A stretch of 64,000 nucleotides of DNA, from NCBI GenBank assembly GCA_030648835.1, contig JAUSGT010000001.1, positions 133,010-197,009 of the forward strand, given 5' to 3'. Shown piece after piece: positions 9,553-19,817 of the stretch. The translations under genes and the position numbers were made by a program. Position 1 is the stretch's first letter; every line of letters starts with the position of its first letter. The notes beneath the pieces are model-generated. The model saw only the letters and a program-made list of their open reading frames with translations. It did no database searches and had not been told where the DNA came from. This DNA comes from Candidatus Moraniibacteriota bacterium. Lineage in GTDB: Bacteria > Patescibacteriota > Minisyncoccia > Moranbacterales > UBA1568.

Positions 9553-10179
9553 ATGGAACTCAGGGATTACATCACTATATTCAAAAAACAGAAGAAAATA
9601 TTTTGGGCGATAGTGTTCCTCTCTGTTTTGGCGGCTACCGTTTGGCAGAAGAACCAGGAAGCGCAGTACCAAGCGACGTTGCTTCTCAATATTGGACGAA
9701 CGGGTGGAGAGGTTACCCAAGAGTATACTTATGACAGTTTTTATCGTTTGCAGGCGGATGAACGTTTTGCGGATACGGTCGTGCGCTGGCTCGGCTCTCC
9801 TCGGGTGGTAGAGGATATTTATGGCGCCGCAAACATAGATTTGGAGAAGAGAGGCATGCGTGATTTGAAAGGAATGTTCGGAGCGAAGCGTTTGTCTTCG
9901 CAAATGATCGAAGTGACCTATACGGATGTCAGCGACAAAACGCTCAAGAAAATTTCTGAAGCGGCGATTGTCACGCTCAATCGCTATACGGACAGTTTGA
10001 ATAAGGAGAATGACGAAACAAATTGGTTTACTGTGATCGGGAGTGATCCTATCGTCCGTGATGCCCATATTCCGCTTCCTCTCGCTTTGGTGATCGGGTT
10101 ACTCTTCGGGATATTTGTCGGGTTTTGGACAGTTTTGATAAGACACTATTTTCAGTTAACAAAGAACAATAAACAGTAA
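9553..10179 (+). CDS. Wzz/CpsC-like polysaccharide co-polymerase family protein
   Basis: MELRDYITIF N-terminus; two TM helices flanking an extracellular loop. Confidence 0.65.
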   Translation: MELRDYITIFKKQKKIFWAIVFLSVLAATVWQKNQEAQYQATLLLNIGRTGGEVTQEYTYDSFYRLQADERFADTVVRWLGSPRVVEDIYGAANIDLEKRGMRDLKGMFGAKRLSSQMIEVTYTDVSDKTLKKISEAAIVTLNRYTDSLNKENDETNWFTVIGSDPIVRDAHIPLPLALVIGLLFGIFVGFWTVLIRHYFQLTKNNKQ

Positions 10180-10240
10180 ATAAAAAAACTTGGCTTTTTT
10201 GGCGAAAACTGTTGATTGTTAACTGATGACTGTTTACTGG
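10153..10240. repeat. Inverted pair of degenerate heptamer arrays (AACAGTW / CTGTTRA type)
   Basis: CAGTTAACAAAGAACAATAAACAGTAA ... CTGTTGATTGTTAACTGATGACTGTTTACTG. Confidence 0.55.
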
Positions 10241-10242
10241 TT

Positions 10243-11406
10243 ATGCGCATAGGGATTGATATACGGTGTCTGGCGGAGGGGAAGCGCACTGGAGTGGAAG
10301 AATATACCTTGGCCCTTTTGGAAGGGCTTTTTCTGCGTGATACGGAGAATGAGTATGTGCTTTTTTTCAATGCTTGGCGCAAGACCCATTTGGATTTTGG
10401 CTGGGTGACCAAATATCCGAATGTTACCCTGAAAATCTTTCGTTTTCCCAATAAGCTTCTCAATCTCTCGCTTTGGTATCTGCGTTTCCCTAAATTGGAT
10501 AAGCTCCTCGGCGGTACGGATATTTTTTTTCTGCCGAATCTGAATTTCGCTTCAGTCTCGCGGAAGACCAGATTGGTAGTGACGGCGCATGATCTTTCGT
10601 TTGAATTGTTTCCGGAGACATTTTCTTTCAAGCGTCGGTTGTGGCATTTTTTCATCAACTTCCGGCGGTTGGCGCTTTCCGCCGACAAGGTGATCGCCAT
10701 TTCTCAGTCGACCAAAGATGATCTTATGGCGCAGTATGGTGTGTCGGGAGAAAAGATTATCGTTATCCAAAGCGGCATTGGAAAACAATTTCATGTGATG
10801 AGCCGAAACGACCAGGAACTCCTGCGAGTGAAGGAAAAGTACCATCTACCGTATAAATTTATCCTTTCACTCGCGACGTTTGAACCGCGCAAGAATATTC
10901 TGGCACTCATAAAAGCTTATGAGGCACTCTTGCGTCTCGGCCACACAGCTTTGGACAAGTACGCGCTGGTTATCGCCGGAACGCGTGGGTGGAAGAATGA
11001 GGAGGTGTTCGCTACCATTGCCCATTCACCGTATCGGGAAAAAATTCTCCTGCCCGGTTTCATCGCCGATGCCGATAAAGCAGCGCTCTACAATCTGGCG
11101 AGCGTATTTGTTTATCCGTCGCTCTACGAAGGCTTCGGTTTTCCACCGCTTGAGGCGATGGCTTGCGGGGTACCGGTCATCGTTTCTCATTCTTCATCGC
11201 TTCCGGAAATCGTCGGCAATGCCGGAGTTCTCATTGATCCGTATCAACCTGATGAGCTCTTGCAGGCGCTTCACCAGGTACTGACAGATCAGGAACTGAC
11301 CGATACTTTGCATAAAAAAAGCGAAACGCGCGCCACACTTTTTTCTTGGGAGAAAACGGTAGAGGAGACTCTCAGTGTTTTTCAGTCGTTAAAAGTGAAA
11401 AAATAG
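10243..11406 (+). CDS. Glycosyltransferase family 4
   Basis: MRIGIDIR..TGVEEY; EPRKN; PSLYEGFGFPPLEAMACG. Confidence 0.9.
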   Translation: MRIGIDIRCLAEGKRTGVEEYTLALLEGLFLRDTENEYVLFFNAWRKTHLDFGWVTKYPNVTLKIFRFPNKLLNLSLWYLRFPKLDKLLGGTDIFFLPNLNFASVSRKTRLVVTAHDLSFELFPETFSFKRRLWHFFINFRRLALSADKVIAISQSTKDDLMAQYGVSGEKIIVIQSGIGKQFHVMSRNDQELLRVKEKYHLPYKFILSLATFEPRKNILALIKAYEALLRLGHTALDKYALVIAGTRGWKNEEVFATIAHSPYREKILLPGFIADADKAALYNLASVFVYPSLYEGFGFPPLEAMACGVPVIVSHSSSLPEIVGNAGVLIDPYQPDELLQALHQVLTDQELTDTLHKKSETRATLFSWEKTVEETLSVFQSLKVKK

Positions 11407-11547
11407 GCGCCAGCCCGCCATATTTCTTGTTGAGAGGTGTAGGCGGGATTGACAGTTGCCTTTTCTCAGTCAAGAAAATCGGATATACTGTGGAGTGGGC
11501 AGGAAGCCCTTTTAAATACAAATATAAATAATCATTAAAGAAAGACT

Positions 11548-12948
11548 ATGTTGAAAAGAAGTACAAAAATGGGAACGGGATCGGCGCTGGTTATCGCTTT
11601 GCTGTCATTTGGCGCTTTTGTTGGGGCGGCGGTGCTTGTCACCAAAAATCAGTTGAATCTCACGGCGGTTTCGCTCGCCAATGACGGCGAGGACGGCGGT
11701 GGAGATAGCGGTGGAGATGAAGATAAGGACGAAGATAAGGATGACAGTAATGACTCTTCTTCAAAATCTGAAAAGGAGAAGGAAAAGAAGTCGGAAGAGG
11801 CTAAGAAGCAGGCTGAACGTGAGCGCGAGGATACCAAAAAGCAACTCGAGCGATCGAATAAGAGCTCTGACGATTCGGAGGATGATGAAAAAGAGAGTGA
11901 AGATATCAATGATGATAACGGAAATAAAGATGATTCGGCAGAGGAAGCCGATGAAATTGATGAGGCCGATGAAATCAATGACGACAATAATGGTATGTTC
12001 AAGGAACGTGCCAAGACATTGGAAAAATTACGAGAAGAGATAGCCAAGGCGAGGGAGAAAATCTTGGAAAAACAAGGGGAAGGAGTGGACGCCACTGCGG
12101 CGTTGGCGCGTTTGGCTTTGGCTGAAGCCGGACTTACTCAGGTAGGATCCTCGTTCGATGTGAATGATTTGGAAAAAGCCAAACTGCTTGCCAAACAAAT
12201 CAAGAAAGAGACTCATTTCACGGAAAAGGATCTGGAATTTTCCAAAAAAGTCGCTGAAGAAATGGCTAAAGTGGAAAAGCGCTTTGGGCAGGTAGAAAAG
12301 AAAATTGTCGAACTTGGAGCTTTGAGTGGCGATACCACAGATTTCAAATCCCAGCTCGCTTCACTACGTTCTGATTTTTCTGTTCTGAAAACTACGGTTG
12401 CGGCTGCTCCCGGAACGATAACTCGGGATATGGTGAAAGCTTTTGAAAAACGCGTGAAACGGTTGAAGAGTTTGGTTGAAAGCACCATTTTCGCTCTTGG
12501 TGGCACTGACGATGACGATCTGTTCGATGACCACAAGGATGATGCGGATGACCTTTTTGAGAATCTCAATGATGTGGCCGAGATTGAGGATGGCGATGAC
12601 AATGGCGTTTCCGGCAAGGTAAGAAAGATAGCGGCTGAGCATAAAGCGTCCACACAGGAAGTTGAGGACAGTTTGCAGGGTATCAAAGACCGCAGCGGTG
12701 TGACGAAAGTCCTTTTTGGGCCGAACTTCAACGCCCTGGATAGCTTGACGACCGAGGTTACCGCTATGGGTACCCGCGCAACCGCTCTCGAGTCGGCATC
12801 TACCCAGATCACTGATCCGGAGATCAAGCAGATTCTCGTGGATCAGGCAAAAGCTTTGCGGAGCGAAGTCACCAAGCTGCAGGCCTATATTGCCGCCGAA
12901 GACAATCAATTCAGTATCTTTGGAAAGTTTCTCTCGCTATTCCGCTGA
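11548..12948 (+). CDS. Membrane-anchored or secreted acidic coiled-coil protein
   Basis: N-terminal hydrophobic segment, D/E/K low-complexity tract, long helical region. Confidence 0.7.
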   Translation: MLKRSTKMGTGSALVIALLSFGAFVGAAVLVTKNQLNLTAVSLANDGEDGGGDSGGDEDKDEDKDDSNDSSSKSEKEKEKKSEEAKKQAEREREDTKKQLERSNKSSDDSEDDEKESEDINDDNGNKDDSAEEADEIDEADEINDDNNGMFKERAKTLEKLREEIAKAREKILEKQGEGVDATAALARLALAEAGLTQVGSSFDVNDLEKAKLLAKQIKKETHFTEKDLEFSKKVAEEMAKVEKRFGQVEKKIVELGALSGDTTDFKSQLASLRSDFSVLKTTVAAAPGTITRDMVKAFEKRVKRLKSLVESTIFALGGTDDDDLFDDHKDDADDLFENLNDVAEIEDGDDNGVSGKVRKIAAEHKASTQEVEDSLQGIKDRSGVTKVLFGPNFNALDSLTTEVTAMGTRATALESASTQITDPEIKQILVDQAKALRSEVTKLQAYIAAEDNQFSIFGKFLSLFR

Positions 12949-13007
12949 GAGAAGTATCTGTTGCGAGAAAGCCCTCATCTGCCGGTTGGCGGTGAGGGAT
13001 TTTCTTA

Positions 13008-13139
13008 TGTGCCCAGCAGTGAAACTTCGACCGAGTGCTCGTGTAGAATTGTAATTTGGAAGTGATATTATAAAAATAAGTATCTGATTTAAGTTTTTTT
13101 GGTTTTATGAAAATTGTCGAGGTTCTACTGCCGGGTGTG
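13008..13139 (+). mobile_element. Inverted-repeat element, copy 3 (type A, TGTG flanks)
   Basis: TGTG-CCCAGCAGTGAAACTTCGAC...GTCGAGGTTCTACTGCCGGG-TGTG; 124-bp core. Confidence 0.75.
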
Positions 13140-13159
13140 GTAGAATAGAAACAACTACT

Positions 13160-13915
13160 ATGTCCCAATATTACAACCCCAGGCGCAACAGAAATTTGTT
13201 CGATCCTCACTCGAAGGAGCCGTTTCGTTTGAGTCGTTCGCGGTTGGAGCTTTTTATGAACTGCCCCAGGTGTTTTTATCTGGATCGGCGTCTGGGTACG
13301 GATCGCCCGCCTGGCTTTCCCTTTTCGCTCAACTCGGCTGTGGATACGCTCCTCAAAAAAGAATTTGATATTCATCGCGCTTCTGGCACGCCACATCCTT
13401 TGATGCAAGCTTATGGTCTCGACGCGGTACCATTTCAGCACGAGAAGATGGAAGAGTGGAGGGATTCATTACGGCGCGGTATCACCTATCTCCACCCGAA
13501 GACAAATCTTTATTTCACAGGAGGAGTGGATGATGTGTGGGTGGATCCCAAGGGAGAACTGATCATCGTGGATTACAAAGCCACGGCCAAAGACGGTGAA
13601 GTGAATCTGGATGCCGAGTGGCAGGGTGGCTACAAACGTCAAATGGAAATGTATCAGTGGCTCTTTCGTAAAAATAATTTCAAAGTTTCCGATACCGGTT
13701 ATTTCGTCTACTGCAATGGTCAGACGGACCGCAAGGCTTTTGACGGCAAACTGGAATTTACCGTGAAACTGCTTCCCTATACGGGAAACGACGAATGGGT
13801 GGAGGGGATGCTTATTGCCGCTCACGACTGTTTGATGGGCGATGTTATTCCTGCCTCAAGCGCCAACTGTGATTACTGCGCCTACCGCCAAGCTACCTCG
13901 GAATTGGAGGGATAA
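13160..13915 (+). CDS. PD-(D/E)XK nuclease, Cas4/AddB-like
   Basis: LSRSRLELFMNCPRCF, GGVDD...IVDYK, QMEMY, C-terminal CDYC. Confidence 0.8.
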   Translation: MSQYYNPRRNRNLFDPHSKEPFRLSRSRLELFMNCPRCFYLDRRLGTDRPPGFPFSLNSAVDTLLKKEFDIHRASGTPHPLMQAYGLDAVPFQHEKMEEWRDSLRRGITYLHPKTNLYFTGGVDDVWVDPKGELIIVDYKATAKDGEVNLDAEWQGGYKRQMEMYQWLFRKNNFKVSDTGYFVYCNGQTDRKAFDGKLEFTVKLLPYTGNDEWVEGMLIAAHDCLMGDVIPASSANCDYCAYRQATSELEG

Positions 13916-13917
13916 AT

Positions 13918-14538
13918 ATGAAATTCTATCTTTCATCCTATAAAATTGGTAATCAGCCGGAAAAACTTTTGGCATTATTTTCGGATAACAAAAAGGTAGG
14001 CTATATACCGAATGCCTTAGATTTTACTGGGGCTGATCCGCAAAGAAGAAAAAGACACATCAAAACTGACATACAGAGTTTGATCGACAATGGATTCCAA
14101 GTGGAATTACTTGATCTGAAAGAATACTTCAATAAAAAAAACAACCTTCGAGAAAAACTCCAAAGCCTCGGAGGGGTCTTTATAAGTGGCGGGAATGTTT
14201 TTGTTCTTCGACAAGCGATGAGACTCTGTGATTTTGATACTATCCTAGAAGAATATAAAAATCGCGAGGACTTTGTTTATGCCGGTTACAGTGCCGCGGG
14301 GTGTGTTCTCTCTCCATCATTGAAAGCGTATGCGATCGTTGATGACGCGACTGATCATCCTTACGCCGAGCAAAGCGAAACGATATGGGAAGGCCTCAAT
14401 ATGATTGATTACGTTTTCTTACCACATTTTGACTCGAACCATCCTGAGTCCGAGGATGTTGCAAAAGAAATCCAGTATTGCATTCAAAACGGGATCCCGT
14501 ACAAAACGCTGAAAGATGGAGAGGCGATAATCATCTGA
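13918..14538 (+). CDS. Peptidase S51 (dipeptidase E-like)
   Basis: GGNVFVL, YAGYSAAG, LPH. Confidence 0.8.
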   Translation: MKFYLSSYKIGNQPEKLLALFSDNKKVGYIPNALDFTGADPQRRKRHIKTDIQSLIDNGFQVELLDLKEYFNKKNNLREKLQSLGGVFISGGNVFVLRQAMRLCDFDTILEEYKNREDFVYAGYSAAGCVLSPSLKAYAIVDDATDHPYAEQSETIWEGLNMIDYVFLPHFDSNHPESEDVAKEIQYCIQNGIPYKTLKDGEAIII

Positions 14539-15697
14539 AAAACCTGAGAAGTGTCTGGAGGGCTTTTTTTCTCTTGTTTTCGAAGACGACTTTTGGTGAC
14601 TGAAATTTGATATTTATTACGAACTCAGTCAAGGCCTGAATGGTTTTCATGCTGAGTTCCGCATTTAGATATTTTATATCGTTTGCCTCTTCATTATGAC
14701 AATAAAAAGCGGTCGGGGACCCCTCTACGAAGCAGCAGTCTACCCCATGTAGTTTGAAATAGTAGTGGTCGCTTACTTCAAGCATATTATCTACATCATC
14801 TATGGTCGTGTTACTGATGATTTCTCCAAAACTTTTCTCTATTTGTTTATGATAATCTTTTTCGGCATAAATGGAGGTATTGTCTCCCAGTCCTATTCCG
14901 TCGATAGCTACCATATAGCGCATGAGGCTGTTCTCTTCCTCCGTCAGCGTTTCTAAGAAGAATTTAGACCCGAACATGGAATTTTCCTCCGCTCCGAAAT
15001 ACACTACCCACACATCGAAGGGGAGCTTCATCTTTTTCAGGTTCTGAGAAACCAGTAGCGCGCCGGCTATGCCGCTGGCATTATCCAGAAGTCCTGTAGA
15101 GTGCGGTACGGTATCGATATGCGCCCCGACAATCAGTTTCAATCTATTTTTGCGATGCGTAATTTTGTGAATCAGATTGTAGGAATTTTTTACTACATAT
15201 TTGGTATCGGTTTTCAGTCTCACTTCTTTCCCGATATTTTTATGGAAAAAATCTTCGTAGGCGGATCCAATGATGAGGTTGGGTATCAGATACGTGGGAC
15301 CGCCTTTGTTGTAATAAAAAGGTTTCGGGTAGTTTCTTGAGACAGAGAGGAAAGATACGATAGTTTTGCTTTTGCTTCTGATACAATACACAGCGAACTC
15401 ATTTCCTTTTTCTTCCGTACTTTCGCCGAAGTATTCCAAGGTTCCTCTTATGTTGGACTTCGGGGAGTAGTACACAGAACGACAGGAGATAGTTTCATCG
15501 CCTATGGTCAAATGGGGCAAAGCCTCTTCTCTCCAGGTGAGAATCTTAAATTTCTGGATTATTGTTTTCCCGCCAATGTTTTTTGCAATATATTTTTTTA
15601 GGTACCGAACGGTATCGGACTCTCCTTTTGAGCCGGAAAGACGGGTCTTATTGCTGATGCTTTCTATGATATCGAGGAATTCTTTTGTGTTATCCAT
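14531..15697 (-). CDS. M28 family metallopeptidase
   Basis: VGAHID, DNASG, FGAEE, IDG, SDH motifs; AT-rich. Confidence 0.85.
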   Translation of the reverse strand: MDNTKEFLDIIESISNKTRLSGSKGESDTVRYLKKYIAKNIGGKTIIQKFKILTWREEALPHLTIGDETISCRSVYYSPKSNIRGTLEYFGESTEEKGNEFAVYCIRSKSKTIVSFLSVSRNYPKPFYYNKGGPTYLIPNLIIGSAYEDFFHKNIGKEVRLKTDTKYVVKNSYNLIHKITHRKNRLKLIVGAHIDTVPHSTGLLDNASGIAGALLVSQNLKKMKLPFDVWVVYFGAEENSMFGSKFFLETLTEEENSLMRYMVAIDGIGLGDNTSIYAEKDYHKQIEKSFGEIISNTTIDDVDNMLEVSDHYYFKLHGVDCCFVEGSPTAFYCHNEEANDIKYLNAELSMKTIQALTEFVINIKFQSPKVVFENKRKKALQTLLRFFR

Positions 15698-15863
15698 AAG
15701 GGTATTTTAAAAACAAGGCTAGCATTGTTTTGATTATATAGTATAAGTAGAATAATCTACAGTGTGCGAGGTAGCTGTTACAGTCATCACTTCAGCTTTT
15801 TGTGAGAACCGAGGTGTCGAGTTTATCCTTCTAGAAGGGGGAAAGTTAGCTTATGAGGGATTT

Positions 15864-15974
15864 ACCCCGTTAGATGTTCAGAAGGACTTTGTATGCTTAT
15901 AGATGAAAATCCGAGATGTTAACAGATTTTGCTTTTAACAAGGGATAATCGAGACCTGCTGATCTAACTGGGGT
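15864..15974. repeat. 111-bp element bounded by ACCCCGTTAGAT / ATCTAACTGGGGT
   Basis: 12-bp terminal inverted repeat with one bulge. Confidence 0.5.
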
Positions 15975-16002
15975 TGATTTTTTCGTGAAAAGGTGGTACA
16001 AT
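15974..16002 (+). promoter_or_regulatory. Sigma70-type promoter
   Basis: TTGATT-17 nt-TACAAT with TG at the extended -10 position. Confidence 0.5.
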
Positions 16003-16078
16003 AGACGGTTACAAAGATTCAAACCAATTTTGGTGCGAAATGTAACACGGCACCTTTACAATCAAGAGGAGAAGGAAA

Positions 16079-16792
16079 ATGACCCATGTCGTTATCGTGG
16101 TATTTCTCGCGATATTCGCTTCGATGGCGAGCGCAGCTGAATTCGATCGGACATTAGCAACTCCGCCAGCCATGTCGGCAGAAACGCTGACTGAAGCGCG
16201 AACTGAGCTTCTGCCGGAAAACGTCGATAAGACGAAAGTCGTCTTGGCGAGCGAGCACTTCGCCAAGTATCCGGAAAAAGCTGAAGAGCCTTCGCCGGTC
16301 AACATGCTGGAGTACCGCAGTTATCGGGGCGATTACGTCGCTCGGGCGTACTTCGAAAAATCGCTGACAGAGAAAGTTGCGGTATATCTCTCCGCATCGA
16401 AAGCCCGAGGCTTCGAAAGTCTTACCGTCGGGCCGGCATATTACATCACACCGGAGATGGAGATCGGTATGAGTATCGGGTCATCTCGGTACGCCGCCTC
16501 GAATGAGGATCAGAAAAGTTCTCATGGGACTGTCTCGTCGTTCTTTTATTGGAAGACGGACAGGATCGAGTCCGAAGTGATCGTGGAGAAGTATAGCCGC
16601 GATTCCAATCCATGGTATTACTACGCGTACGTACAGACGCCCATCACCAGCGGTTGGTTGGTGGGACTGCATAGTGAGAAGGATGTCGGCTGGGGTCCAC
16701 GATTCAGTCGAGCGTTTGGCAAGAACGCCAGTCTGTGGATTGTCCCACTCGTTAGCGGCGGTTTCATTGTCGGGGCCCAGTTACTATATTGA
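16079..16792 (+). CDS. Secreted hypothetical protein, beta-strand-rich C-terminal domain
   Basis: Signal peptide ending ASA; SD GAGGAG; amphipathic aromatic strands; ends GAQLLY. Confidence 0.65.
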   Translation: MTHVVIVVFLAIFASMASAAEFDRTLATPPAMSAETLTEARTELLPENVDKTKVVLASEHFAKYPEKAEEPSPVNMLEYRSYRGDYVARAYFEKSLTEKVAVYLSASKARGFESLTVGPAYYITPEMEIGMSIGSSRYAASNEDQKSSHGTVSSFFYWKTDRIESEVIVEKYSRDSNPWYYYAYVQTPITSGWLVGLHSEKDVGWGPRFSRAFGKNASLWIVPLVSGGFIVGAQLLY

Positions 16793-16899
16793 ATCTTAGG
16801 GCACAGCCTTTCTCTTTGTTGCGCAGCCTGTTCCGAACATCGGACCAGGCTGTTTTTCTTTTCTTTCTCTCGCTTTTATGGTATTTTAACAATATATTT

Positions 16900-17496
16900 A
16901 TGGACAAAAAATCAAAGATATTTTTTCTGGTCTTGGGGCTGCTTATTCTTGGATCAGTGGCTGTCTCGTATTACAGATACATGGTAAAGCGCGATTATAT
17001 CATCCAAGCGCAGTCCGATTGCAATCCGTATACCGAAAAGTGTTTTGTCCATGAATGTGATCCTGACCCGGATGTTGACGGAGAATGCACAGGCGATCCG
17101 GTGGAGGACACGTGGTATACGAAGAATGTCAGCCGGATAGCGTACAATATTCCTCATTGTGACCCCAGTGATGAAAACTGCATGGCTCTTGTGTGTGGAG
17201 AGAATGAACAAAGCTGTTCTTATGAGTTTTGCGATGAGATGAACGTTCCAGAAGGTGATACGTGCAATGACCCGGTTGTCTATACGCTGGAGAATCCGAT
17301 AGAAGAGGACGCCACAATGGAGGAAGAAGGTATTGAAGCAGAGTCAGATGAAGAAGGAATAACGGACGAAACGGAAGGTACTGCGACCGATTCTGTAGAA
17401 AGCGGTACTTCGGAGGAGGAGATGCCACCGCAAGCTGTAACGAATACCGGTAATGCCGGAGTGAGCACTATCGGAGCGAATCAGGCAAGACAATAG
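16900..17496 (+). CDS. Membrane-anchored Cys-rich protein with acidic tail
   Basis: MDKKSK plus TM helix; ten Cys; E/D-rich C-terminus. Confidence 0.65.
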   Translation: MDKKSKIFFLVLGLLILGSVAVSYYRYMVKRDYIIQAQSDCNPYTEKCFVHECDPDPDVDGECTGDPVEDTWYTKNVSRIAYNIPHCDPSDENCMALVCGENEQSCSYEFCDEMNVPEGDTCNDPVVYTLENPIEEDATMEEEGIEAESDEEGITDETEGTATDSVESGTSEEEMPPQAVTNTGNAGVSTIGANQARQ

Positions 17497-17660
17497 CTAT
17501 TTGAAGAGGTGTTTCGTTAAAACTGCTATAGGGCGGTTTTTTTGTTTGATTTCAGCCGTTTTCTCTTATGGTATTGTCACTCTTTACAAAATGGTAAAAA
17601 AGGTGTATAATAAACGATTGGTTAATTTAAAAACTGAATTTTTACCTCAAGGAGGGCATC

Positions 17661-18593
17661 ATGCAGAACTGGCTTCTGATGGCATTGATCGCCCCGTTTC
17701 TGTGGGCGCTGGTGGCAATAGTTGACACTTATTTCGTTCACGATGTTTATGAGGATGAGTACGACGGAATGGTGGTCTCGGGAGTGTTCCAATTGCTTCC
17801 ATGGCTTTTGGTTCCGGTGGGGGCTATAGAATTTACATTTTCCAGTGCACAAATTGCGGGTTTCGCATTTGTGGCCGGGGGGATGCTAGCCCTTTCCTTC
17901 TTCTGCTATTTCAAGGCGTTGTTTATCAGGAATGATGCCGTCTTGATGCAGACCCTATGGACGGTGGGCGTTCCTGTCGTACCGTTCTTTGCCTACTTTC
18001 TCATCGGAGAAGTTTTGACAAGCGCGCATTACGCAGGTATCGGGATCGCGTTTATAGGGATACTCCTGTTCAATTTCGACGGAAATGTCAAGCGGATCGG
18101 ATTTTCCAGAATTGTTTTTCCGATGGTTGGCGCGATAGTTTTTTTCTCCCTGTACATGGTATTCGCGAGGAAGGCGCATGATCTTTCTCCCTTGGACTTC
18201 TGGAGCGTCTATTTGCTCTTTTCGTTTGGGGCGACAGCTACTGCGTTCGCTGTGCTCGTCATCGCGAAGAAAAACGCTATTGAAAAGGCGAGAAAAATCG
18301 TCAGGCTGAGCGGGAAATACTTCTACGCTTTCCTTTGCACAGAGGGGCTGTACCTTGCGGGGACGATTACTTCGCAAAAGGCCATCAGTCTTGCGCCGGC
18401 GGTGTCGTTCGTGGTGGTAATCGAGAGTTTGGTGCCGGTATTCGTGATGGTAGTGAGCTTGTTTCTCATGTTGGTTTTGAAACGACTGGGAAACATAGCT
18501 ATTGGAGACGTTTATCGGCAGCAGCTTTCCGGGGTATGGATAAAAATCCTCGCTCTGGTATTCTTAGCTATCGGAATCTATACGGTGGCTTAG
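17661..18593 (+). CDS. EamA/DMT-family transporter
   Basis: Ten TM helices in two repeats; LIGEVL..HYAGI. Confidence 0.75.
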   Translation: MQNWLLMALIAPFLWALVAIVDTYFVHDVYEDEYDGMVVSGVFQLLPWLLVPVGAIEFTFSSAQIAGFAFVAGGMLALSFFCYFKALFIRNDAVLMQTLWTVGVPVVPFFAYFLIGEVLTSAHYAGIGIAFIGILLFNFDGNVKRIGFSRIVFPMVGAIVFFSLYMVFARKAHDLSPLDFWSVYLLFSFGATATAFAVLVIAKKNAIEKARKIVRLSGKYFYAFLCTEGLYLAGTITSQKAISLAPAVSFVVVIESLVPVFVMVVSLFLMLVLKRLGNIAIGDVYRQQLSGVWIKILALVFLAIGIYTVA

Positions 18594-18698
18594 ACGGGTT
18601 TTCGCAACAGCGAAGGCCCGTGTTTTTTTACCAATAGTTGTAGTTTTTGGAAAGTAGTCTAAGATGAGGGTGAATATGTCTTTTCTATTAGATTCTCT

Positions 18699-19595
18699 AT
18701 GAAAACCCCACATTTTTTTAAACTTCGGTCACGGCTTGGACTGCTTCATCCGCCGATACATAGTTTTGAAATGAATCAGGGCGTTGAAATGGGTGCTGAC
18801 GCCGTTCTTTCAAATGTATTTCTCGCTTCTTTTCCGGAGAGCCAGGTGAGCGTTTTTGATTTTCCAAATCCAGATGGTATTACAGGGGAGCAATATGGGG
18901 CTATGATTGCAGCGTCGTCGCAGGCGTGTGCCGCATTCATAAATACATCTCTTGAATCAAATGAGATTCAGGTGGCAGTTGGCGGAGATCATTCTATCAC
19001 TTTCCCATCGTTTCTGGCCGCGTTTGAACGGGAGAAAAATAGGCGAGAAATCGGGTATATTCAGTTTGATTCGCACGGGGATATGAATCTTCGAAAAGAC
19101 AGTTTGACGGATAATTTTCATGGGATGTACGTACGCGCATTCGTTGATCCGGCGTTTGACATGCCGGAGGTAAAAGATCTTATCTCACAGCCCCTCTCTC
19201 CGCGGCGGCTTCTTTTTGTCGGTAATCTGGATCTTGATTTGACTGGTGAGAAGCAATTTTTTGAGGCACAGGGTATCAAACATATTTCAAAACGGATGCT
19301 CCGTGAAAATAAAAAAAAGGCCCACTCACTCTTTCTTGATTTCGTACGACGATTTCAGTACCTTTATGTAACATTCGATGTTGATTCTCTCGATGAAACA
19401 ATCGCTCCAGCCACAGGTATACCAGCCGAAGATGGATTGGTGTTAGCGGATATTGAAGAAATGCTTGGGATAATCGCCGGACACCCGTCATTCTCAGTTG
19501 ATCTTGTTGAAGTAAATCCCCAAAAAGATGGTTCTGAAAAAACGATTCAAGTCGCACAAGAAATACTCCACATGATTCTCCAGGGTGCTGTTTAA
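18699..19595 (+). CDS. Arginase family protein
   Basis: GGDHS, FDSHGD, FHGM, FDVDSLD..APATG, VEVNP. Confidence 0.88.
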   Translation: MKTPHFFKLRSRLGLLHPPIHSFEMNQGVEMGADAVLSNVFLASFPESQVSVFDFPNPDGITGEQYGAMIAASSQACAAFINTSLESNEIQVAVGGDHSITFPSFLAAFEREKNRREIGYIQFDSHGDMNLRKDSLTDNFHGMYVRAFVDPAFDMPEVKDLISQPLSPRRLLFVGNLDLDLTGEKQFFEAQGIKHISKRMLRENKKKAHSLFLDFVRRFQYLYVTFDVDSLDETIAPATGIPAEDGLVLADIEEMLGIIAGHPSFSVDLVEVNPQKDGSEKTIQVAQEILHMILQGAV

Positions 19596-19817
19596 TTTTT
19601 CGTTTATATGCATGTACGGTACACATACGGAATTTATTTTTTGTAACACCATTCCATTTTTTGACCTAAGACGGATTTTGGGGTAGAATATGGGTAAATT
19701 GTGAGTTATATTTTGGCGTTTGATTAGATTTTATAGATTTGAAAGAGGTTTTATAATGGCAAAAACTCTTTACTCGCATTTTTCAGCTATTATTTCGAGT
19801 TCAGGCTTCATAATCCT

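Noticed and set aside
5878-13915. CRISPR array or cas locus suggested by repeats near a Cas4-like gene
   Set aside because: The repeats are dispersed inverted pairs, not direct repeats with regular spacers, and no cas1, cas2 or effector genes are present.
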